This document shows, one piece after another, positions 36,399 through 41,198 of a stretch of DNA of 41,198 nucleotides (position 1 is the stretch's first letter; every line of letters begins with the position of its first letter). The DNA comes from a virus. Taxonomy: Duplodnaviria > Caudoviricetes. The stretch covers positions 1-41,198 of the IMG/VR virus record IMGVR_UViG_3300044723_002720; one strand, 5' to 3'. Position numbers and translations under genes: made by a program. Below the pieces are notes generated by a model that made no database searches, was not told the origin of the DNA, and saw only the letters and a program-made list of their open reading frames with translations.

Positions 36399-37331
36399 TT
36401 AATAATTGTCATATATAAAATCTCCTGCCAATGTACCGTAGTCAACTGCATTGTTGTCGATAACTTCTTGGAACGAAGTGGCAACACGATATATAAACTC
36501 TATACGATTTGCTAATAACTCGTCTGTTTGGCAGTCAGAACGATACATTCTATTAAGAATAGGCAGCATCTTGTCAAACATTTTCTTGAATGTCATACGA
36601 TTCTTACCACTTTCGTGGATGAGTGTGTACAATAACTCATACCTGCGTATCATCTGCTCAACAGAATCTACTCGGTTAATAAGTCTGAACTCTATAACAT
36701 TACCCTTTACCAGCACAGGTTGATACCTTGAACTTATACTGCCGTAGTATCTACTGCCCTCTCGTGCTTCGTCATAGGTACGCAGTGTGATGTTTTGTCG
36801 GCAGTAAGAATTTTTTAATCGCCCTCTCCATAGTGCGTATATGATTCCCATAAATGGTCTTACCCTTTTCAGTATGTCGTTACCATACATATCCCTAATA
36901 CCTATCGTTATGTGTCCACCACAATCTTGATTGGCAGGAGAATACTGACTATCTATAATCCTTTCGGCATCATAGAACAAGGAGAACACCTTGCTTCGCC
37001 ACTCGCTTGGAGGAAGTAATGGTAGGATGTTTGTGATTGCTTCCACACCACAAGAGCCATCCCTTTCGAACCCACAGAATAATGGGTAACGCTTGACTGC
37101 TCGTGGTGCAAACTCATTCTTTTCAATCTCGAATCCTATGGTATACCTACATACATCGGCATCCATAATGAGTCCTCTATCTCTTTTTGGTAAGGACTTG
37201 ATGTCATCTTCTAATCCACTTGCCATATATCTTGGACTTGGACTATTGTGATAACCTACTACTCGGTTTCTGTGAGGAACGGCATCATTTGTATACACGA
37301 TTCCCTTTGGTTTTAATAAATGCAGATTCAT
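36399..37331 (-). CDS. Putative amidoligase (COOH-NH2 ligase, Amidoligase_2-like)
   Basis: TIGFEIE, DGS..VE, CGGHI and IEFR motifs, adjacent to GATase-GGCT. Start reassigned to ATG 37331. Confidence 0.8.
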   Translation of the reverse strand: MNLHLLKPKGIVYTNDAVPHRNRVVGYHNSPSPRYMASGLEDDIKSLPKRDRGLIMDADVCRYTIGFEIEKNEFAPRAVKRYPLFCGFERDGSCGVEAITNILPLLPPSEWRSKVFSLFYDAERIIDSQYSPANQDCGGHITIGIRDMYGNDILKRVRPFMGIIYALWRGRLKNSYCRQNITLRTYDEAREGSRYYGSISSRYQPVLVKGNVIEFRLINRVDSVEQMIRRYELLYTLIHESGKNRMTFKKMFDKMLPILNRMYRSDCQTDELLANRIEFIYRVATSFQEVIDNNAVDYGTLAGDFIYDNY

Positions 37332-37350
37332 AATAACTGATTGCTTTGTG

Positions 37351-37368
37351 AGTGTCTTTGAAGACACT
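37351..37368. repeat. 18-bp palindrome copy (centre TG)
   Basis: 19 nt before the ATG at 37331. Confidence 0.95.
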
Positions 37369-37379
37369 CGATGATTAAA

Positions 37380-37610
37380 TTATAATTCAATTTCTTTTGT
37401 AGTAACAATGTCTGTTACTCCCCAAGCTACGCTGACAGATACCTTGTACCCACAATCTCGCAGCTTTTTAATAATGGCGTGTCTGTTGTGCCAAACATCT
37501 TTATCCCAACCACTATAATCGCAAGTGCATAATTTGGAATAGCCGTTCTTTGTTGCATAGTCCATTTCTTCTTTGGCTATGCGTGTCAACTTCTGTCTTA
37601 AGTCTTCCAT
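37380..37610 (-). CDS. Hypothetical early protein
   Basis: 76 aa with an A-rich leader. Confidence 0.7.
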   Translation of the reverse strand: MEDLRQKLTRIAKEEMDYATKNGYSKLCTCDYSGWDKDVWHNRHAIIKKLRDCGYKVSVSVAWGVTDIVTTKEIEL

Positions 37611-37629
37611 CCTTTTTTGTTTTAGTTAA

Positions 37630-37854
37630 TTAATTTATTGACTTATTGTTATTACTTATAGTATCTAGGTAAATAATTTCATCGTTAATTGTTAGGTATT
37701 CTCTACCATTCATCTCTGAATCTCCCCACACTTCCATATAGCCAATGCAAAAATCATTGACATACAATTCTACCATTGAGCCTTTTTTAGTGTAAGATAA
37801 TTCGTCATATGTATTAAAGAATATCCTATCCTGTTCTGTTAGTATCCCTATCAT
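37630..37854 (-). CDS. Hypothetical early protein
   Basis: 74 aa, downstream of the promoter at 37902-37933. Confidence 0.65.
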   Translation of the reverse strand: MIGILTEQDRIFFNTYDELSYTKKGSMVELYVNDFCIGYMEVWGDSEMNGREYLTINDEIIYLDTISNNNKSIN

Positions 37855-37901
37855 ATCTTTGTATAGATTTATAAATAAATTAATTAGTTACATTTACCTT
37901 A

Positions 37902-37933
37902 CAAATATAAGACATTTATATGACAATGTCAAA
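37902..37933 (-). promoter_or_regulatory. Consensus Bacteroidota sigma-A promoter
   Basis: On the - strand TTTG, 20 nt, TATATTTG. The spacer holds the inverted repeat GACATT-N8-AATGTC. Confidence 0.75.
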
Positions 37934-37964
37934 TATTATTTTTTCTAAAGTGTTCTGAGAACAG

Positions 37965-37982
37965 AGTGTCTTTGAAGACACT
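37965..37982. repeat. 18-bp palindrome copy (centre TG)
   Basis: ACAG-AGTGTCTTTGAAGACACT-AT-CTGT, overlapping the TAG of the upstream gene. Confidence 0.95.
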
Positions 37983-38148
37983 ATCTGTGGCCATACTTTT
38001 CGTGGAACTCTGCCTGCCTGACTAATCTTTTAGCCGACTTAACTATGGCATCCCACCACTCTTGCTCGGTCTTGTTCGCAGGCTTGTTCGCCCAAAAAGA
38101 ATCGTTCTTTTGTAGCCGTTTTGCTAATTCGATTACTGCTTTCTCCAT
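37981..38148 (-). CDS. Hypothetical early protein (55 aa)
   Basis: ATG at 38148, 19 nt from the palindrome. The track's GTG start lies inside the repeat. Confidence 0.7.
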   Translation of the reverse strand: MEKAVIELAKRLQKNDSFWANKPANKTEQEWWDAIVKSAKRLVRQAEFHEKYGHR

Positions 38149-38167
38149 TTTAATTTTGATTTGTGAG

Positions 38168-38185
38168 AGTGTCTTCAAAGACACT
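38168..38185. repeat. 18-bp palindrome copy (centre CA)
   Basis: tttgtGAGAGTGTCTTCAAAGACACTCCCttgtt. Confidence 0.95.
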
Positions 38186-38207
38186 CCCTTGTTAATTGTA
38201 TTTAGTT

Positions 38208-38576
38208 CTACTCTTCAAGGAAGCATTCCTTTCCATTCGGAGTGATGTGCATTTTTACTCGACCCATCGGATGGTCTATATAAATTACTGCCTGCTTTAC
38301 ATTTCTGTATGGTATCAATTTATACTCATCTTTCCTGCCTTGTAGTCCCATCACAAAATCTATTCCAAGATCCATTATACTGAACCAATTCGTTCCGTCT
38401 TTAGCATCCTTATCGTCTACATCTAGGGTAGTTATGTATATATATCTTATAACTCGGTTGTCTTTTCGCCATATGTGAAAATATCTGTCGATACTTTCTT
38501 CTCCAATCATTAGCTTTGCAGGTTTCTGCACGATTGGAATTACTGAATCTACGATTCCATTAGAAAACTTTCTCAT
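38208..38576 (-). CDS. Hypothetical early protein
   Basis: 122 aa filling the space between two repeats. Confidence 0.75.
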   Translation of the reverse strand: MRKFSNGIVDSVIPIVQKPAKLMIGEESIDRYFHIWRKDNRVIRYIYITTLDVDDKDAKDGTNWFSIMDLGIDFVMGLQGRKDEYKLIPYRNVKQAVIYIDHPMGRVKMHITPNGKECFLEE

Positions 38577-38594
38577 CTTGTTTAGCTTTGTGAG

Positions 38595-38612
38595 AGTGTC
38601 TTCAAAGACACT
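38595..38612. repeat. 18-bp palindrome copy (centre CA)
   Basis: Same extended flanks as the 38168 copy, 18 nt before the ATG. Confidence 0.95.
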
Positions 38613-38627
38613 CCCTTGTTTGAAAAT

Positions 38628-38996
38628 TTATTTGTTGAACCCACGCAATATTTCGTCGGTAAATCTCTCTCGATTAGTGTTATAATTCCACTTCATAGAA
38701 GCAATCACATTTACTATTTCGTCTATTGAATCTTGGTCAGAGTACAAATTACTTTCGACTGCTAAGATTCCATTGAACCATACCTTTATGATAAAGTGAT
38801 TGTCTATAGTGCCATCCATATGTAGCGTGGTTTCTATGTTGGTTTCTATTTTAGCAGACTCCAACTGATGTTCCAATACCTTTGGGTTATCAAATTTTAT
38901 CTTGAGTTTCCCACTATGGATATACCCATCTATGCTTTTGGGATTGTTGGTAGCCAATTCCTTGACTAAATCCCCAATGTGTTTAAATAAATACAT
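38628..38996 (-). CDS. Hypothetical early protein (122 aa)
   Basis: Start reassigned to ATG 38996, fills one repeat-bounded unit. Confidence 0.75.
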   Translation of the reverse strand: MYLFKHIGDLVKELATNNPKSIDGYIHSGKLKIKFDNPKVLEHQLESAKIETNIETTLHMDGTIDNHFIIKVWFNGILAVESNLYSDQDSIDEIVNVIASMKWNYNTNRERFTDEILRGFNK

Positions 38997-39015
38997 TTTG
39001 TTTAGCTTTGTGAAG

Positions 39016-39033
39016 AGTGTCTTTGAAGACACT
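39016..39033. repeat. 18-bp palindrome copy (centre TG)
   Basis: tttgtGAAGAGTGTCTTTGAAGACACTCTCCgatt, 19 nt before the ATG. Confidence 0.95.
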
Positions 39034-39063
39034 CTCCGATTAGAAAATTTATTTGTTCATAGT

Positions 39064-39375
39064 TTAGTATTCAAAACCTTTTACTTCGGTTTCATTACCA
39101 TCCCAATAGTACCCATTCAGATACCACACAAAATTCTTTTGGTATATGTGTACATTGGGCAGTCCATTAAGCCTTTCCTTTGTGGTGTTTGTTGCCCAAC
39201 CACAATTACTTATGTATAGCTTTCTACCTTGTTCGGTATGCTTTATCTTTGCTATGACATTTCCATGTAGGCATAGCCAAGTTTCGTGCGTGTCTGCAAT
39301 CACTTGCATATTGCTTTTCGCAAACGGCTCATTGTTCAGAAAAGCCTTGACACTTTCGTGAGTTATCTTTCTCAT
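39064..39375 (-). CDS. Phage hypothetical early protein
   Basis: MRKIT...LHGN.IA...GW.TNTTKERLNGL pattern, which I recall from other phage early proteins of unknown function. Confidence 0.75.
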   Translation of the reverse strand: MRKITHESVKAFLNNEPFAKSNMQVIADTHETWLCLHGNVIAKIKHTEQGRKLYISNCGWATNTTKERLNGLPNVHIYQKNFVWYLNGYYWDGNETEVKGFEY

Positions 39376-39394
39376 TTAAAGATTCTTTGTGAAG

Positions 39395-39412
39395 AGTGTC
39401 TTCGAAGACACT
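39395..39412. repeat. 18-bp palindrome copy (centre CG)
   Basis: Same extended flanks as the 39016 copy, 19 nt before the ATG. Confidence 0.95.
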
Positions 39413-39426
39413 CTCCGATTGAAAAA

Positions 39427-39681
39427 TTATTTACTTTCGTTATACTTATCTACCCATTCTTGTGGTGTGTAAATGACACACTCCTTTGTTGAGTTTTCGG
39501 ACTCTATCCTAACTTGCATATACTCCACAGTTATTCGTGACCATGTGCGTACACCATTCGGAAAATCCATTCGTGTTACTCCCTTGCCAAGTTTTACTCC
39601 CTTTTCATTCGGATACTTTGCAAATAGTGCTGACAACTCCTTTAATAGTTCAGCTTTGTCAATCTTAATGACATCATTCAT
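39427..39681 (-). CDS. Hypothetical early protein (84 aa)
   Basis: Start reassigned to ATG 39681. Confidence 0.75.
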   Translation of the reverse strand: MNDVIKIDKAELLKELSALFAKYPNEKGVKLGKGVTRMDFPNGVRTWSRITVEYMQVRIESENSTKECVIYTPQEWVDKYNESK

Positions 39682-39700
39682 TTTATTTAGCTTTGTGGAG

Positions 39701-39718
39701 AGTGTCTTCGAAGACACT
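39701..39718. repeat. 18-bp palindrome copy (centre CG)
   Basis: tttgtGGAGAGTGTCTTCGAAGACACTCCCCgatt, 19 nt before the ATG. Confidence 0.95.
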
Positions 39719-39731
39719 CCCCGATTTCAAA

Positions 39732-40025
39732 TCAATAAATACAACCTTTGTTTAGACTTTCGAAATCGAAATTCCACCCACTTTTCAGTAGTTCTGCGAT
39801 TACAAAATTCGGCATCGCAGTTCCCCAATTCTTTGTGATTAAGCTATCTTCGAATTTGAAGAAGCCACTTATACCATAGGTACTGAAGTTATCAAACTCC
39901 CAACGACCATCGCCATCCTTAGAGAATCTTAAAATCAATTCCCCATTGTACCCATTGTATTTAATGGGTTGGCAATGTCTTACTGCTGACGCATTTTGCA
40001 GCAGTGTTACTACATGACATTCCAT
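39732..40025 (-). CDS. Hypothetical early protein (97 aa)
   Basis: ATG at 40025, 19 nt from the palindrome. The longer track ORF reads through two repeats from a TTG. Confidence 0.65.
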   Translation of the reverse strand: MECHVVTLLQNASAVRHCQPIKYNGYNGELILRFSKDGDGRWEFDNFSTYGISGFFKFEDSLITKNWGTAMPNFVIAELLKSGWNFDFESLNKGCIY

Positions 40026-40044
40026 ATCATTTTTTTCAGTGAAG

Positions 40045-40062
40045 AGTGTCTTCGAAGACACT
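40045..40062. repeat. 18-bp palindrome copy (centre CG)
   Basis: Exact core. Confidence 0.95.
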
Positions 40063-40127
40063 CCGTAAATCCAAATTTCTTCTACTACCTTAAGCCCTAT
40101 CCTTTGCAGGAATCGGGCAGGCAGGAG

Positions 40128-40145
40128 AGTGTCTTCAAAGACACT
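40128..40145. repeat. 18-bp palindrome copy (centre CA)
   Basis: Exact core with the CCCTTGTT flank, only 65 nt from the previous copy. Confidence 0.95.
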
Positions 40146-40169
40146 CCCTTGTTTGTAGATAGCCAAAGA

Positions 40170-40811
40170 TTACATTTCGCTAACCATAGCCATTAGTTCG
40201 GTCAAAGAAGCCAAGATGCTTTCTTTGTCGCAGGTAGTTATAATCGTACCATTGTCGATACGGAAGTTTACCCCATTCGTTTTGTCCACAAAGGTATGCG
40301 TAGTCGTACCCTCGCTTTCGCCATCGGCCTCACCGTTGCCTTCCCCTGATTGGTCAGCACTCCCCTTTGGAGGATTAATCGCGTCTTCAATAGACATCCC
40401 CTCTTCAAGGTTTTTTGCGAATTTTAACAATTCTGCAATACTCAAACTTTTCCTTTTGCCGCTCTCGTTTTGAAACTCGATAGCAGCACTTTCGTACTTA
40501 GACCACATTTCTTGTCCTAAGTCGTAGGCCTTAATTGCCTTGTATAACCAAGATTTGTCAAAGCCAAAGGATACTTTAAAATAGCCATCCTTTCTTAAGT
40601 CTAACCCCATAGACATTCGCAATTCTTTACAGCTCGGCGAATCGAAGTAAGCCGAAGCATTTTTAGCTAATTCACCTAACTCAAGTGAAGCATAAAATTT
40701 GCGTTTGTCATTGTTAACAAGTTTAGCCTTAGCTCTTTTGATTGCTTCGGTATTAATACTTGTTTTAACTCGGTCATCGTTAAAAAATCTTTTGATAATA
40801 GTATTCATCAT
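40170..40811 (-). CDS. First early gene, possible HTH DNA-binding protein (DUF3102-like pattern)
   Basis: LELGELA...FGFDKSWLYKAIKAY...SIAELLK resembles DUF3102-type helical proteins. An acidic Gly/Ser linker precedes a small C-terminal domain. Confidence 0.5.
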   Translation of the reverse strand: MMNTIIKRFFNDDRVKTSINTEAIKRAKAKLVNNDKRKFYASLELGELAKNASAYFDSPSCKELRMSMGLDLRKDGYFKVSFGFDKSWLYKAIKAYDLGQEMWSKYESAAIEFQNESGKRKSLSIAELLKFAKNLEEGMSIEDAINPPKGSADQSGEGNGEADGESEGTTTHTFVDKTNGVNFRIDNGTIITTCDKESILASLTELMAMVSEM

Positions 40812-40830
40812 TTTTGATTTGTGAAGACCA

Positions 40831-40848
40831 AGTGTCTTCGAAGACACT
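40831..40848. repeat. 18-bp palindrome copy (centre CG)
   Basis: GAAGA-CCA-core-CAA-TCTCC, 19 nt before the ATG at 40811. Confidence 0.95.
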
Positions 40849-41198
40849 CAATCTCCGATTAGACATTATAAATATTTCAATTTGTATGTGGGAATCTTTA
40901 TTCCCTTCCGACAATTCAAATATCATACAAAGTTTTAACTTAAATGTAACTTTTTCTGAAAACGACACATTTTATCTGTTAATTGACTTATTCCTTCGAT
41001 TTTTGGTAAATAGCACTTGGTTCGAAATCTACCTATTCACTAGGTTTTATTAGGCAGTTAAAATTGTGGTGTATGGGTTAAGCAAAGTCTAAAGGTCTAA
41101 GATCATTTAATTTGCTTTCTTTATATAATTCTTTTCGCTTATATGTGTAAGGATGGCAGATAAACATATAAGAAGTATTGCTATGTGTAATAGTAGTG

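Noticed and set aside
37331-40847. Shared N-terminal peptide tag MSSKTL... on several early proteins in the ORF track
   Set aside because: It results from the GTG inside the palindrome being in frame at 19-nt spacing. At 39395 that frame hits TAA just before the ATG, and the 17- and 18-nt copies are out of frame.
35103-40848. CRISPR array
   Set aside because: Intervals are very uneven (tens of bp to over 1 kb), mostly contain whole genes, and no cas genes are visible.
35103-40848. Classical integron with attC sites
   Set aside because: No tyrosine recombinase in the window, no RYYYAAC/GTTRRRY boxes, and the elements are shorter than attC sites.
3739-40848. Palindrome as a cluster of restriction sites (GAAGAC, GAAGA, TTCGAA)
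   Set aside because: Conservation extends over 18 bp plus paired flanks and fixed spacing to start codons, which a 5-6 bp enzyme site does not explain.
1-41198. Stop-codon reassignment as in some crAss-like phages
   Set aside because: Genes tile densely in the standard code, and TAG and TGA both serve as real stops.

Overview
This window is most of the genome of a tailed dsDNA phage with crAss-like (Crassvirales-related, podovirus-type) virion genes and a probable Bacteroidota host, inferred from TAnnTTTG promoters, A-rich translation starts without Shine-Dalgarno sequences and a BT4734/VirE-N primase. The + strand (<1-23307) carries the late module: portal, scaffold, major capsid, two ring/adaptor proteins, an apparently split muzzle/stabilisation protein and three ejection-type proteins. 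The - strand (23486-40811) carries the early/middle module: a string of small ORFs, an amidoligase next to a GATase-GGCT fusion, a lipoprotein GH73 hydrolase, a DnaA-C-like HTH protein, Sak/RecE-like/SSB recombination genes, a primase-helicase, an SF2 helicase, VRR-NUC and a metallophosphoesterase. I saw no DNA polymerase, RNA polymerase, integrase, terminase or tRNA. The standout is an 18-bp palindrome, AGTGTCTT(CG/CA/TG)AAGACACT, found by eye in 18 copies plus one degenerate copy. It divides the early region into mostly one-gene cassettes and sits 19 nt upstream of the ATG in seven genes. Its outer stems vary in sequence yet stay paired, with G.U wobbles favouring the coding strand. It thins out along the genome and also occurs in-frame inside two core genes. 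All product calls come from motif recognition and synteny, not database searches.
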